A DNA stretch of 63,762 nucleotides, counting the filler, from Hyphochytrium catenoides (Eukaryota > Protista > Hyphochytriomycota), in NCBI GenBank assembly GCA_900088475.1. It is 6 parts of 6 records of this genome, joined end to end, with 100 filler letters (N's around TTAATTAATTAA, not from the genome) between each part and the next. Parts side by side here need not be neighbours in the genome. Positions count along the whole stretch, not along the records: positions 1 to 17,083 come from FLMG01000170.1; positions 17,184 to 43,099 come from FLMG01000906.1; 4 more parts are not named here. The stretch is one strand, 5' to 3'. Positions 11,770 to 26,043 of this stretch are shown piece by piece. Both the position numbers and the translations under genes were made by a program. The notes beneath the pieces were generated by a model. It had not been told where the DNA came from. It saw nothing but the letters and a program-made list of their open reading frames with translations, and did not search any database. Position 1 is the first letter of the stretch. Each line of letters begins with the position of its first letter.

Positions 11770-14700
11770 AGAGGCAGCGAGAAACAAATGATGTGATAAC
11801 CATTCGCCCTATATACTAGGACATCAGAAAGACGGGAGCATGTGAAGCGGGGTCAAGAGAGGAAGAGAGAGAAATGAAAAGAAGAGAGAGACACAGAGAG
11901 AGAGAGAGACAGAGAGAAATAGAGAGAAAAAGCCACAGCGGCAACCCTTGCCTTAAATCTAGCGTCGGCTTCCTCTATGCCATTAAGCAGCATTTCCTGC
12001 TCAGCCACGGTCTTTTGAATAGAGGCAACAACAGGAGTCACCTCTTTCTCGACGAACAGAGAGAAGCTCCTCTCATAGGGAAGAGTTCCATCTCCAGCAA
12101 TGACGCTAGAGACAGACTCAACTGTCTTCCACGCCTCAAGCTTCTGCTGAAATTCTTCGCGGCGCTTCACAAGCTGAAGAAGACAGCGAGAGAGCGGAAG
12201 AAGCCGTGTCAGAGATTGACCAGCAATTGGACGCCGGTCCATCTCTCTCCAATAACTCTTTTCCATCTCGACGTTCTCCCTCCGTCACTCTCTATGGCTC
12301 TCTCCCTCTCCGCTCCCGTCTCTCCAGGTACTCTATCTTCTCATCTCTTTCCATTTGTCCAGTCCTTCGAGAGACTCTTGAGCACTTGACATCCAGTTGT
12401 CTTGGCTCCTCTACGCCGCCCTACTGCCCATTAAGTCCAGGCGAATAGTGATGTCCTCTCTCTAAACATGGACCTGAGCCATCGCTCTTTCTTCTCCTTC
12501 CTCTTGCTCTGCCTCTTGTCCAGCTCTCTCTCTTTCTGGCTGTCTTCCCTACCTGCCCGAGCTGAACTAGCAGCTCTGAAAGTCTGCCTGTGTCTACCAC
12601 TGGCTTCGAAGCGTCCCGACGGGGGATCGAGGCGTCCAATTGTTCTTTTGATTTGCAGATCTCCTCCAATTCCCTTCTTTTGCCTTCAAGCTGCTCTCTC
12701 AAGGCACTGTCCGAGCGTGTGGCCTAGTATGCATCCAACGTGGGACAAAACGAGGAGGCGAAGGATGTAGGAGAGGGCAGGAGAAGAAGTAGATATGGAA
12801 GCAAGACCTAAGTCAGAGCACTCTTCTTCCATGACGCCTTTCTCTCCTTCGCAGCAGCTCTCCCTTCCTTAACAAGCCTCACGCCGCGTATACTCGTTCT
12901 CCAGCTCTTTCTGTCCAGTGTATACACTCTCTAAGCTGGTGACCACCACCTTGGTCTTTAATCCTTCCCTATTGTCACTACCTGGACGAGGAGCTTTCTA
13001 TAACCCTCTGCTTCGTCCCGCATCGGCTTTGAGAGAGAAGAGGAGGGAGCAGCAGTCCATTTTTCTTTGTGCCTTTCTCTGCAGGCCTCGTCTTCTGCCT
13101 GTTCTGCGTCCAACATGGACTCCACCTCCCGTAAGAGTAGGCTGGCTTCCGAGTTCTATGGAACAGGTAAGCATAAACAATAAGCCTCAACAGGGACAAG
13201 ACGGTGCTTTTGCAAAGAGAGAGAGAGAGATAAGTTCTCCAGTCAAGGACCACATTAGGGCTGAAATGTGCCAAACAACAAGGAAGGACCCGCAGACAGA
13301 GATAAGCGCATTGAGCCAAAAGAAGTAAGCAGAGACAGCGATCAGGGTCAGAGGTTAACGATGATGTGCTGACGGAAGAGGAACAGAACCTGAAGAGTCC
13401 ATAAGGGTGTGAGAAGGGACCACAAAGCAAGAAACGAGAAAGAGAAGAGAGAGCGCTATTTCTACCTTCTCCTTATTGTCTCGAAGCCGTCCTTCCAGTC
13501 CAAACAGCGAGTTACGATCCTATAGTGCAAGGGTAAGCCTGGCGCTTCAGGGAGAGTAAGGTAAGAGGTAGTAGAACAGCAAAAATGCCCAAGGATCAGG
13601 CCAGAGACCAGCGCCGACAAGGAAAGCATTGAGGTTGAGTTAGAAGACAGGAGCAGCAAAAGCGAATTCAGCCAGACTAAAGGGCACAGGAAGGGATTCT
13701 CTCTTTCGTGGGACAAGCGGGACAAAAGCATATTAATGTATTCTAGAGCTTCCTGTCACGAGGCTAGAGAGCATCCAGAAGGTCTTTCTCCATGAACCTG
13801 GATGGTCTCGATTTTCTTCCAGAGCCCTTCCGGCAGACCTTCTCCTTGCTCCTGAGCTTCAATGGAAGCAGGAAGGCCCAACCGCGATAGAGTAGTTCGA
13901 GCCAAGTCATTAGCGTTGTGGACCTGAAGGAGACGCACAGTCCACATTAGAAGCTGTAAAGATAAGAGGGGAAGCAGACGGCTGTAGATATCAAGGCAGA
14001 AATAGATGTGAAGGCAGAATAGGGAAGCTATTGATGCTACAGGCTCTCTCCATACACTTGAAAATAATGGGCAGCTGCTGAGGCCTGGAGCAGACATTAT
14101 TCTTAAGTCCGAGGACGGAGAGCGGAACTACTCCTGGTTCTCAGGTACAAGAGGATAACAGCCAGAGTGAAGAGAGATGGGGCAAACCATTGTTGCTGAG
14201 CTGTCCACTGTGGCACTAAGTCTCTTCATGTACTCCTCTGCCTCTTTCTTCAGGTGTGCTGGTATCAACCCTTCAAAAAGATTCTTCCCAACCGCAGCGA
14301 AAACTTGCTCTTTGGTCAACAGGGCAGGTTTGCTATACAATTGGAGAAAGAGGGTCAAGAGCAACCGTTTGCAAAGCGATGTTAGGTCAGCCAAAGAAGG
14401 AGTTGCCCTTACCAGTGGAAGGGGGCAAAACAATGACTAAGACACAATAAGCTGCGAGTTCTGGGGGAGAGCTCCCGATCGCAACGAGGCGAAGGCAAAA
14501 GAAATAGAAGAGGCAACGCAGAAGCGAGTAACGGCGAAGACTGAGAATGTCAGGAGGAAGTTCTGGTCTTACACCATGGACGCCTTCGCTATGGGAACCA
14601 ACGAGCCCTCTTCAGGAACGGTCTCCATATATATGATAGAGTTGTCCTTCCTTGCCCGCTGGAGGTTATCCCGTATGACCCTGGTTCACCGTCACATTTG

Positions 14701-16851
14701 NNNNNNNNNNNNNNNNNNNNNNNNNNNNNNNNNNNNNNNNNNNNNNNNNNNNNNNNNGGTTCGTCCTCTTCTCTTACTTTAGGAGCCCTTGTGTGGAGGT
14801 GGACATCACAGGCGGCAGGCGACCCTTTGTAGCTGTGTCTAGCGCTGCCAGGCAAGCCTACAAAGGCCATAAGACAGAAGCGTCAGTCTCCAGTAAAGGA
14901 CAATGGACTGGTGTGCAGACGATAACAGTTGCTCTTGACATCCATACTTAGAGAGGAGATATGGAAAAGAGAGCTTGGTCAAAGCGGAGAGAACATGGTA
15001 GAGTAGAGTACTACGATGTCAATCATATAGGATCGTGTCGACCAAGAAAGTGTCAATGACGGGAGAAGGCTCGAATGACTGGGAAAGAAACAACGGGGCT
15101 TTATGGAGGAAACCTGTTCAGCAAGTGTAAGTCTGGTTATTTCTTCGCCGTATCCGGATCCTTTCTGCACTGCCAGTTGATTGGACAGCTGTGACTGCCA
15201 GAACTGAGCGGCAGCTGCAAAGCAGTGTGTTTGGAACTATGAAAGATGAAGCAGGTCCAAAGCAAGGAGGAGGGATGTACGCCCGTTAGAGAGTAAGGGG
15301 TAGAGGAGGTTAGTCGATAGATCAGTGTTGGCAGTAAAAGCGTCACACGAGGGCCACGCTAAACGCGGTGCTTGGAGATGGTAGGCGAAGGGGAAAAAGG
15401 CAAAGGGGACGAATCGGTTCAAGCAAAGTGAGAACGAGCCCAGCAACGGGTAGAGAGCAGCATCAACACCAACCACATGGGCTACGCACCTGCAGGTGGG
15501 TTAGCCAGGATGGGTCTAGCTTGACTTTTATTGAAGGTCCAACAGCGTGGTCAAAGGCCATTCTTCATCGTGCCACGACAAATTGAAGCGAGAGAAGGAG
15601 GTGAGCAAGCAGCCAGTGTGTTTGGCCTGCTAGGTCCCGACTGGCAGATGTATCAGGACGAACAAGGAGTTGCAGGCTTGTAATGTCTGTTCAATCTCTT
15701 CGTTTTTCTTTTAAAATCACTCATCCTATCTCTCTTTCATCCCCATCTGGGTCATCATGGTCCATTGGTCACACCCCTAAGTTACTTCTCTTACTTGTAA
15801 TAGGCAGCTGCCTGGGCTGCAAGCTTTGGGGCAATAGCCTTCTTTGTCTTATCAGGAATTGACTTGTCCTTAACGGCTTTCTCAAAAAAGCAAGCCTTCC
15901 GATAGTGACACCGTGGAGCGATGAGGCGATCGAGAAGGGGGAAGGCGAAGAACGGGAGCTTCAAGTCAGAGTTTGATTATAGTAAGGGCAAAGGCAACTC
16001 TTTGTAAACAAGGTAAAAAGGAGATAAAGGTGGAAACAGAAAGAGTGAGGAGAGAAAGGACCTGGGACCGCGTGAAGCAGGACAGCTAAAAGGTCTTACT
16101 TGTGCTTGGGCCAGCATCAGGTTCTCCAACATGCTAAGGCCTTCAATGGACATATCCAACGGCCGAGGCCCAATCATCTGTGCACAAACCTCCTCTCGCA
16201 ACTGGTTGAAAGCCCCAGCAGCCTGTGTGACCCGATAGGCAGATGATGCAAGCAGCAGATGACGGAAGGAAATGAAGGAGAGAGGGCTTAGAACGCATCT
16301 CGATCTCCACTCAAATGGGCCAACTATCCGAGAAGGGTCTCCTCTTCACCCTGCGATGCGTTGCCAAACACTCTATTTCCCTTCGATGGCCATCCTTTTC
16401 GTTTCTTGACCTTCACGTACAGCCATCAGTTCTCCCTTTCGATCCTCTTAACTTTCCCTCCCATTAGCTCAAGCTCAAGTCCCGTACCTCCATGAAAAGC
16501 TTGCAGGCAATCTTGAGCCCTTCTTCGTCCTGACGGTTCTGCATGCCAGGAGGGTCAATAAGGTGTTAGGACGCTCATCACGAGGTAAAATGTGAGACAG
16601 ACTCTAGACAAGTTAGAGGTAACTTCACCGTGGCGACGTTAAGGGAATAATGGTGCCAAGTCGACAGAGAGAGTGACAAACGGAGGGAGGAATGACACGA
16701 CCAGGAGACCTGCCAGCGAGGAATTAACCTCTGACAACTGCAAGAGAAAGAGAGAGCGCACCTGGGCCACTGCCTCATGGCTCTTGAGTGCTCCATAGTT
16801 GAAGAGGACGCAAGCGCGCTCATATTTTACCGAGTAAGCTGTCACTCGGCA
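10962..16851 (-). CDS. ALIX/BRO1-domain protein (PDCD6IP/PalA-RIM20-like): BRO1 + V domain + Pro-rich tail; 5' end lost at contig edge
   Basis: Exons read YERACVLFNYGAL, EGLKIACKLFME-AAGAF, LENLMLAQAQ-ACFFEKA, KLAAQAAAYY, YGEEITRL, ARKDNSIIY, LSRLGLPASIEA and EGKNFYSDL, followed by a P/Y/G-rich C-terminus. Confidence 0.92.
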
Positions 16852-17127
16852 CTGCGAATGGGAAGATGCAAAGATAAAGAGAGCATATGACAAGTCAGGA
16901 CGAGTCTCTCTCATCAAAGAGGCCCGACAAAGTGAAGAGAGGAGCGACGGTATGGAGGTACAGGGACAGAAGGACGAGACAAGGGCTAAAAGAATAACAC
17001 CGTGACACAGTGGAACTTTCTGGATGAGCCACGGATAGAGAAAGATTCTGAGAGACACGAACGCTGAGAGAGAGAGAGAGAGANNNNNNNNNNNNNNNNN
17101 NNNNNNNNNNNNNNNNNNNNNNNNNNN

Positions 17128-17139
17128 TTAATTAATTAA
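17128..17139. other. Artificial contig linker (N-TTAATTAATTAA-N)
   Basis: Six-frame-stop palindrome flanked by N runs; the same linker occurs five times in the window. Confidence 0.97.
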
Positions 17140-17508
17140 NNNNNNNNNNNNNNNNNNNNNNNNNNNNNNNNNNNNNNNNNNNNTCTCTCTCTCTCTTTCT
17201 CGCTCTCTTTCTCTCCTCTCTCTCTGCGCTCTCGTCTCATTCATCATGGAGAACATGAGTGCGCCATCGCCTACATCGACCATCCTGCGGCTCTTGGTCG
17301 TTGTTGCTGCAAGCTGCACGTTTTTTGAGAGCCATGGAGGGCAGATAGAGAGCTAACGGACACACGGAAGGGCAGCACCCAGAGCAGAAACGAAAGACGG
17401 CCACCCAGTAGCGTCTACAACGCTGTGGTAGGCCTAGGTCGTCGCAGATTCGTGGGAGCGCTTCCAAAAACCGCTGTGGCCTTGGCATCCATTCAGAAGT
17501 GAAGGACA

Positions 17509-20500
17509 ATGAAGAGGACACGGCTGATCGTGCAGCTGGCGACTGCTGGGTCGTCCAGCGGCCCGTTAGGCAGTAGAACACGCTCCACCTTTTCTGCAAT
17601 AAGAAATTTCTCTTCATCCTCTTCTTCTCTCATCTCCCCACCAATGACTTCCGCGCCATCTTCTCCCTATGGATCCAGCGGTGAAGAGCCTCTTGTGCGT
17701 GAGTTCATTTATCAGGCGCTTTATAAGGAGCGGAGTGGATACTTCAACTCCAGAGAAGTCATCAATAGACTGAGCTTGCCGATAGATTTCAACAGTCTGC
17801 GAGGGAGAGAGGCCTATTATCGGATGCATCAAAAGCTCTACCTCGTAAGCCACGCGAACAGTGTGCATACTGACTGTCTACTGGCCTTCTAGCTCTCTAT
17901 TCCTGCCTGAACAAAGAGATGTTTTTGCGATAACTATCCCTTTTGGGCTTCGTCTTCTTTTTGCCTACATCGCTCTAGTCCACCTTGCCTCCTCTCCCCA
18001 CCAGCCTCTTCCTCTCTCGCATCATATTCTTTCTGACAAACTCGTCTGCATAGGAGAAGGGCGAGGCATGGGTGACTCCTGTGGAGTTGTTCGCTCCCTG
18101 GTACTCATACGCCCTAGCAAAGTATATCACAGCCGTGGCTCGCACGCGTGGCTACAAAAAGCTGAGAATAATAGAGATCGGTGGCGGCACAGGAACTAAC
18201 TCCATCAATCTTCTTCAGTATATCAAGGTGAACAGATTCCCAGGACCCTCGTTTGCTGCTCCTGCGGTCACTTTGCTGCAACGCTCTGCTTTGACTTGCC
18301 CTATAACTCTGTCCCCCGTGTTCTCACCCCTTTGAACCTGGCCGGATGGTCATGCGATATATTTGCTTCTCTTTGACGTTTTGTGTCTTTTCAGCCTCTC
18401 ATCGTCTTTGTCTTCACCCTTATGGCCCTAGTACCTTAAGAATGGCGTTCATTTGTCTGAAACTTTGCTATGCTGTCAGGATCATCATCCAGATCTGTAT
18501 GAGAAGACCCAGTACCAAGTGGTAGAGATTAGGTCCGTTCTCTCCTGCTTGGTTTCTTTCTCTCTCTCTCTCTCGCGCGCGCGCTCTCACTTTCTCTGGC
18601 TCTCTCTCTCTCTCTCTCTCTTCTCTCTCGCTCGCTCGCTCTTTCTCTCTCTCGCTCTCCCTCTCTCCCCCTCCCCTCCCCTCCATCGCGGCCTCTCTGA
18701 GCCTTTCCCGCTTCCTTTCGTTTTAGTGCAACTGTCCCTTCCTCTTTCCTATCTTATCCCTTATGTTTGGCTCTGGTCTCCCTTTTCATTTCCACTCTCA
18801 TTGGACTACAATTGGTCTCCTCTATCAAGTTTCTGATCAGATTCACTTTCATCCCCTTTGCTTATTTGCCACCTTTTCGTGCTGCTTGTCCCTGGCACTC
18901 TGCAATAGCCACCACTTGGCTGAGAGACAACGACTGCGCCTAGTGGAGGAAGGACAAGGGAAAGAGAACAAAGTGGAAATTTTAAACCTTGACTTCTTGG
19001 ACTGGCCCAGCCAGTTTGAGCCCACGAATGAGCCGTGCTTCATTATAGCAATGGAAGTGCTTGATAACCTACCCCATGACAAGGTGCTGTGCCCACCGCT
19101 GGAAATATGCCCTGCAATACCTCTTTTAGGCTTACAGTCCTCTATCTTCTTATTGTGCAATACTGAGACTTGCTCTGTCATCTTGCTGGCAGGTGCTGTT
19201 CGATGGGGAGAAATGGCTTCAGACTCACGTAAAGGGCAACGGAACTCCTGACTGTCCCTACGAGGAAGTCTACAGGTGCTCTAGATAGACTGATGAATTT
19301 ACATCCTTTTTCTCTGGCACTTACCAAGGATGTCTCCTGTTTCTCCAGTCTCTGTCTTCTTTTCGTGACAAATAAAGTCTTGGATGCGCGGTGGCTCTTC
19401 CCGCGTCTAGCTTTGCCTCCGCACCTCCTTTTCGGCTTACTTCTTTTAGTATAACCTCTCGAAACTTGCAGCAAGTGCCAACCAACCTTCCATGTAGGCC
19501 CGTCACAGACGACCTTATCCTCAAAGCCATGCGCCTTCATCGCCCAAAGAAGCCGCAGCCGACTCCTATGTCCGGGTGAGCCACGCTTTTAGGAACTCCG
19601 AAATGCCAACATTGAAGATCCCTCAATATCGTCCATCACATCAATATCCGATGCACCTAATGCCATGCTCTACAACTGCTGTCATCTTAGAATTGCTGGA
19701 ATGGTTAGGAAGGCCCTCAAAATGCATCCGCTCAAGGCAACGTTCATCCCTACCGGTGAGTTCCAGTGTCACTCTTTGGTTCGCAGTCTCCTCTTGCGAA
19801 GCCTACTTGATCTTCCGGCTAATTAAGGATCAACTATTTTCTATTTCTGCCGTAGTCTCGTGCCGCCTACTCGAGGTTATGCATTACTCTTTTCCTCGCC
19901 ATCACCTGGTCCTTTCGGACTTCGATGCGCTCCCAACACCAAACTTGCCTGGCCTGTTCGCCACCCACGTCGAAGACAAAACGGCATGTACCACGGGGCC
20001 TTTGGCGGCCTTCAATGCGCCGATAGTGGCAAGCAAACGCGAAGGTATATCCAATGGATAATTAACTCACTTCTGTGGCGGTGGTCTACACCCTTCAATC
20101 TAGGTCTCTAGGTCTTGTTGACTGACAGTGACTACCGAACTCCCTGAAGGGGTATAGTAACCTTTGTTACATGTCTTCAGGGCAAACCACAGACCATTCT
20201 ACATACTTCGTGAACGGCGAGGCAGATATCCTTTTTGCAACTGACTTCCTCGCATTGCGTCGAGCTTATTGCGATATAGGGCGGGTGCAGCCGCACAAGG
20301 TGAGTGGCCATTTGTCGGCCTTCTTTATCATCCGCGGTCTCCTTTCACTGCTCACTCCTCTTTGAGGTGCGCTCTCTTTCACACCTTTCCGAGATCTTTA
20401 AATTCACCGAAGGTGACGCCCCTTGGCCACTCCCCCTCTCATTTCCCTCTTCTCGACGCCCCAAGAATTGCTATCAAAGAAACGCTCTAATGGCTGTGTC

Positions 20501-20787
20501 AGGTGAAAGTAGTGAAGTCTGCTAAATTTCTGGAGCAGTACGCAGATATCAAGAAAACAACCACCAAATCTGGGTACGGTCTGCCGTCCGTTTACTTACA
20601 ACAATCACACATGGAGTAGACTAACCCTTGCTGTCCTGTGCGTCCCTCTCATCTCACTGTGACTATGTGTCTTCTCTCCCCAAACCATTGTCTCTTCCCT
20701 GCCCGGCATATGTTCCCGTTGTTATCCCTACCTAGCTTCAATCCATTGCTTGAGGACTTCATCAACACATCATTCTTCCTAGCGTAG
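17509..20787 (+). CDS. NDUFAF7/MidA-family SAM-dependent methyltransferase (mitochondrial-type), multi-exon
   Basis: Motifs LVREFIYQALY..SGYF, WVTPVELFAPWYSYALA, IIEIGGGTGTN (SAM motif I), FIIAMEVLDNLPHDK, LVLSDFDALP, ADILFATDF and SGFNPLLEDFINTSFFLA*. The N-terminus is R/S-rich and presequence-like. Confidence 0.9.
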
Positions 20788-20912
20788 CTCAAGCTGCAGG
20801 CTAAAGCCAGAACGAACATCCCTGCTTCCGTTACATGCGGTGATCTGGCCAATCACAATTATTGTCCCGCAATCTTTTGCCTCTTCCAGCCCACAATTGG
20901 TAGTCAACTCGT

Positions 20913-23900
20913 CTAGGGTTCCTTTTTCTGGGGAGTTGTCCGCCTCGGAGGTCTGTGCTCAGATAGGCCGGAGTTTTGCGTATAGGTAGTGACGCAGGGT
21001 AAGTCTAGGCGTCATGCAAGGGACGCGGAAGACTGAAGAGTCTCACCTGGTGCTGCCTGGACCTGAGTTTTTGTTGGAACCAGAAGCCGTGGATGGTTGA
21101 GACGTGGTGGTAGTCGTGCTCCCCGATGGTCGAGGTGATCGTGCTGTGCTAGCCGTTGGATGGGAAGGCGAACGGGGAGCATGCTTTAATTGCCTAGCAG
21201 GCGCTCCCTCCTTGGTGTGACCATGAGGGCGCATGGAAAGTCGCAGCTGAGGAGCGGAGAGGTTAGATGAAAATTAGAGGCTCGCCAATGGCTGAAGATA
21301 GTGTTTGAGAAAATTTAAGCAGAAAGTCATGAATGAGAGCATCTCCATTCTTACCCCTTTGCCATCTTGGCCTTCCTCAATACAGATCACGTCTATGTTA
21401 TCGCCCTCTTTCACGATTTGAGTGACTCGGGTGTTTGGCGCCACATCCAACATCTCCGAGATGTGAAGAAGTCCTTCAGTGCCTGGTAAGATCTGAGAAA
21501 AAACAAAGAAGCATCTCAATAAATGGATCCTCTCGGGGTTAGTTCTCCCTCATCTTGAGCTCAATCCCTTTGATGTTTACTCTTCCGAGCCCGTGTCGAT
21601 TTATGCGACTTACCTCCAGAACAGCCCCGTAGTCTAACACTTTAGTTACCACGCCTTTGTACTTGGCCCCGACTTCAGGAACTCGAATAATCTCCTTCAC
21701 CTTAGCCTAAGCCGCACCAAGAGCGTCAAAGATAAAGCGGCAACTTGCACGAGAACAGATGACCTTTAGAGTCAGAAGAAGGGAGCCCCTTTGCACCACC
21801 AAAACTAAGAGAATATGTTACAGAGCGGTCCATATTGGGAAGGCGGAACAAGTCAGGTAGTGGTCTACATAGAAGAAGAGCGGCACCTCAATCTTCTTCA
21901 TTGTCTCCGCATCGGGGGCGTAGATGACAACAGTGTCATCTTCCACAGTTAGGTTTGCCCCAAACAGGGCTTCAAGTGACTGGGAACAAAGAGTTGTTCA
22001 GGAAGTGGTTGAGCATGCGATGGAACATCGGAAGTTGGTGCAAGACGAAGTACCTGCACAGTGGCTCCTTTAGGACCAATGAGTCTGGATGCCTGTCCAG
22101 GCTTCTTGAGTTCAATCTTCTGATAGCAGGGCACAGTCGGCTTGAATTCACTCCGCGGAGCCTGGTTGAAGAGGATTCAGGAGTCAAATTTCAGCGGTGC
22201 AGGAGCGAAGAAGGGACATAGGATAGGAGATCCTTCAAAATCTACAACGGTGAACGGGCTGGGCTTCACGAAATAGTACCAGAGGAGAGAGTTAACACTT
22301 ACGCGGATCTCTTCAGACATCCGGTCCAGAATTTTCATCCGTGCTTCAGTGGCACGGGTGATGCCTTCCAGAAGAATCTCTAGAGGCACGCCCGCTAACT
22401 TGACATCTAACTGGATGGCAGTGATTCCCTCACGAGTTCCTGCCACCTAAAAACAGGATCTCATATTAGATCATCACATTCCCCTCCCCTTTGGGTGTCA
22501 AAAGCCATAGTATATAGGTCTATTTCCTCCTCTACATCTTGGTTGCCCAATCCCATGTTCTTTTGGACTAAACCAACACTCTCCATCGCCTCTCCGTCCT
22601 TCCCCTCTCTGTCCAAGTAGGACTCTGTCTGTGTCCACCTTGAAGTCCATGTCTCCGAAGTGATCCTCACTGCCCAAGATGTCGGTGAGCAGCTTGTACC
22701 GCTTCACATCACCAGTTCCTAGACGCGGTACGTTTATGTTATTACCGAGAACCCCTTCGTAGGTTGAGGTAAGGAAGAACCACCGAGGCAGTTGAAAGGA
22801 GACAAGAAAGAATCTCTAGCACGAAGCTTACTCCTACCATCCACCTCCGTCACAAGCCCAACTGAGATGCCAGCAACAGGTGCAGTGATAGGCACTCCAG
22901 CGTCCATTAAGGCTAAGGATGCACCACAACACGACGCCATCGATGAAGAACCGTCGCTCCCAGTGATCTCGCTAGTAATTCTTACAGTGTAAGGGAACTC
23001 TTCGAATGTCGGTAAGACTGGAATAACAGCCTAGAGTCGAGACGTCAACCTTTCACGTTGTACCACAGAGAGGAGTGCTAGGGAAGGGCCAAGTTTGACT
23101 GCAGAGATAACAGAATTGAGGTAGCGCACACAGGGCCATTAAGTTCTATGTACGTAGAGCAACCCTAGAGACTTCCATCCCTATTACCTTCTCNNNNNNN
23201 NNNNNNNNNNNNNNNNNNNNNNNNNNNNNNNNNNNNNNNNNNNNNNNNNNNACACAGTAAGGGGGGAACTCATAGTGCAACATAGCGTACTTCAGGCGCT
23301 TTAGAGAGGTGACAGATCTAAGCACCTGGGCCTGGTCGGGCGGTCCCATCGTGACGGTGCAGAGAGCCTATTTGGAGTTATCACCACAAGAAGCGGATAG
23401 TTAGACGGATGCGAGAGGGGGAACTAAGGGGTCCCGACCACTTCTTCCTCTTCTTTTGGGAAAGGACGGACGGTTGATACGTTGAAGTTGGGAGACGTAT
23501 CAAGGAATTCAGAGGTATAGCCTAAGTGTAGCGGAGCACATATGGAAACCGGAAGTTTTTCTTGGACCCCGTAGCCCAGACTCATAAGAGGCTTCAAGAA
23601 GAGAGAAAGCGCCAATTAGCCCTCTTTTACCTGCGTATCTCCTCGAGAGAATAGACTTGAGCCATGGACATTCTGCGGGAGGACAGAGACCTCGGCTGAA
23701 AGAGACCGAATATCGTACTCTGAGCGGCCATCTCCCCTCACACACCCTTCCTTCAGAACAGAGGGACAGATTAGCAGCCAAGCAGTATGGAGTCCACTAT
23801 AAGGAAGTACCGGTGCCATAACAGACCTCAAGAGGCATGGCAGATTGACTAAGATACATTATCCAAGACTCGACGCACCTCAAGGAGAAGGTCCCTAGTA

Positions 23901-25766
23901 GCCTCGGACAGGAGCTTTTCCCCAGCAATTTGGTACTGAATAGTCGGTTTTCCGGGAAATTCACTCTTTAATTGACTTTTCACTGCCTCCATCACTGCAG
24001 CATCCGCGGCTGCCCTCTCTTTCTTCGTTTCTGCCCCATTGAAGCGATTCTTGGCCCTCTCATACCCAAAGGCTAATGCCCTATCCATCATTTCCTTTGA
24101 GGGCATTGTATCAGGGACTTGACGCTTAGCGCTTCCAGCATGCCGAGCAAGTTCAAGCTGGCTCTCAATTAACGGACGAACCTGCGAGTCGATCACAGAG
24201 GGTGAGGATAGCGTGACCCGGAAGGAGCGATGGGAGCGAACATTGCTAAGAGGGAAGAAGGCTTCAGACGTTGGTAACAACTAAGGGGCCAAACAGGGAC
24301 GTCCAAAAGATAGATTGGCTCCTAGAGAGCAATTATACGCTCAGATGGAATGGACAACGAACATCGACAAAAATGAGTCTTAGCCAAATCCCTGGAGAAA
24401 AGTAAGGGATAAGAACGGTTGAGAGACTACAGCGAGGCCATTACGTTATCGTGAGCAAAAAGCAGAGCTTCCTCCAGCTCCTCTTTGCTGACAACCTCTG
24501 CTGCGGCTTCAATCATCAGAGTTCGCTTCTCGTTGGCAGCATAAACAATGTCTATACTGTCAGAGATGCGCCTTGTTAGACAAACGATTCGGAGGAGGGA
24601 TACTGTTCGTGCATAAGAGACTGAAATGACAGAGACGCTTACGGAACGATGAAAGCGTTATCTGAAACGAGCTAAGGGCTAAACTGACAGACAATAAGGC
24701 CACGGGCTACATGCAAAAAGATAAGAACACAAGTTGATACTCACGTGCTCTCCTCCAGCTCAGCAGGAGTCGGGTTAAGGATCAACTTGTTGTCAATCTT
24801 GCCCACGCGGACGCAACCGATGGGCCCGTCCCAAGGGATATCAGAGACCATGAGGGCCGCGGAGGCCGCGTTGACTAATAGAGCAACGAAGCGGGTTGCC
24901 AGCCACGAAGGGGCTCAGTCTAATATTGCCGAAGACCAAGGCAGAAGACGAGAGATAGAAAGACACAAGAAGAAGCACCGTTACCTGCGGCAACAACCGG
25001 ATCATTTTTGCCGTCATACGCTTGGACCGTGGCGAGCACTTGCGTCTCGCTGAAATAACCTTCTGGGAAGAGAGGACGGATGGAGCGATCGATGATCCGA
25101 CTCTTCAATATCTCGTCATCTGACTGGTTCACCTCTCGCCGGCCCCATGTGCCAGGAATTTTCCCTTTGAAAGAATGAGACGAGGGAAGACACGCAATTT
25201 TGAGGATATAAAAAGAGCATTCAGGGTTATACTTCGATAGAACAGCGGCGCAAGTTAGGCCAGGCCATAGTAAGACGAAGCCCTAAATATTGAGAATGGA
25301 GTCACTCAGTCGATAGCAGAGACAGAGCTAAAGCAGCAACGAGCGGAGGGAGCCTCTGGGATTGCCCACCTGCTGCGTAGAACTTTTCTCGGTAGTCCAC
25401 ACTAAGTGGCATGAAGTCCTTTCCCTCGACGACGCTTCTCGAGCTCACCACAGTGATCAGGACCACCGAGTCACCCGCCCGGGCCACCACAGCTCCGTCC
25501 GCAAGCTTCGCCACTTTTCCCACTTGAAACTCCGTCTGCCGGTCTGCTACAGAGGCCGTGACAGAGAAGGGAGATGAAGAGGCACTGCGTGCCAGAAGGG
25601 CCTATATCGAAGGGGTACACGGGGAAGCACACAGAGTTAGCCCGAAATAGAGGTGACGCAGAACGCTATAAGCGATAATACGGGGCTAAACCCTCACCGC
25701 TGCTGGCCTCTGGATGAAAGCTCTTGGCGCACGGCTCAGATGGTTGACGGCTCTAACTCCCCACAT
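20913..25766 (-). CDS. PNPT1: Polyribonucleotide nucleotidyltransferase (PNPase), organellar, multi-exon
   Basis: Motifs [102 protein letters not shown] and S1 EGLLHISE. Presequence-like start [17 protein letters not shown]. Confidence 0.96.
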
Positions 25767-26043
25767 TGTTCTTCTCCTACCGTCAACCCCTTATGGTCCA
25801 ATCCTCCTACAAGTTAAGGGCTAGCAACCCTCCTTCCTTCTCTTATTCCTTCTCAACTCTGATTGCCCTCTGACAAGAGATCAAGGACTGAGCTTCCTGT
25901 CTGCGGGCCGCGGGCTGACGCTTCGCTTTCCGAACAGACGATGGCGCTGTCCAATCAGTGGCAGCCGCCATGGCGATCGCCGTCTGCGCGCTTCCTCTCT
26001 CTCCTCTGTCTCTTCTACACTTCTCTCCTCTCTCCAACGGATC

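Noticed and set aside
17084-17183. TTAATTAATTAA palindrome repeated five times
   Set aside because: Always centred in N runs, so it is an assembly concatenation spacer, not biology. Cross-linker gene neighbourhoods (for example mscL next to the beta-helix gene) are therefore meaningless.
20913-25766. PNPase as a bacterial HGT or contaminant
   Set aside because: It has many spliceosomal introns and a presequence, so it is an ordinary organellar PNPase.
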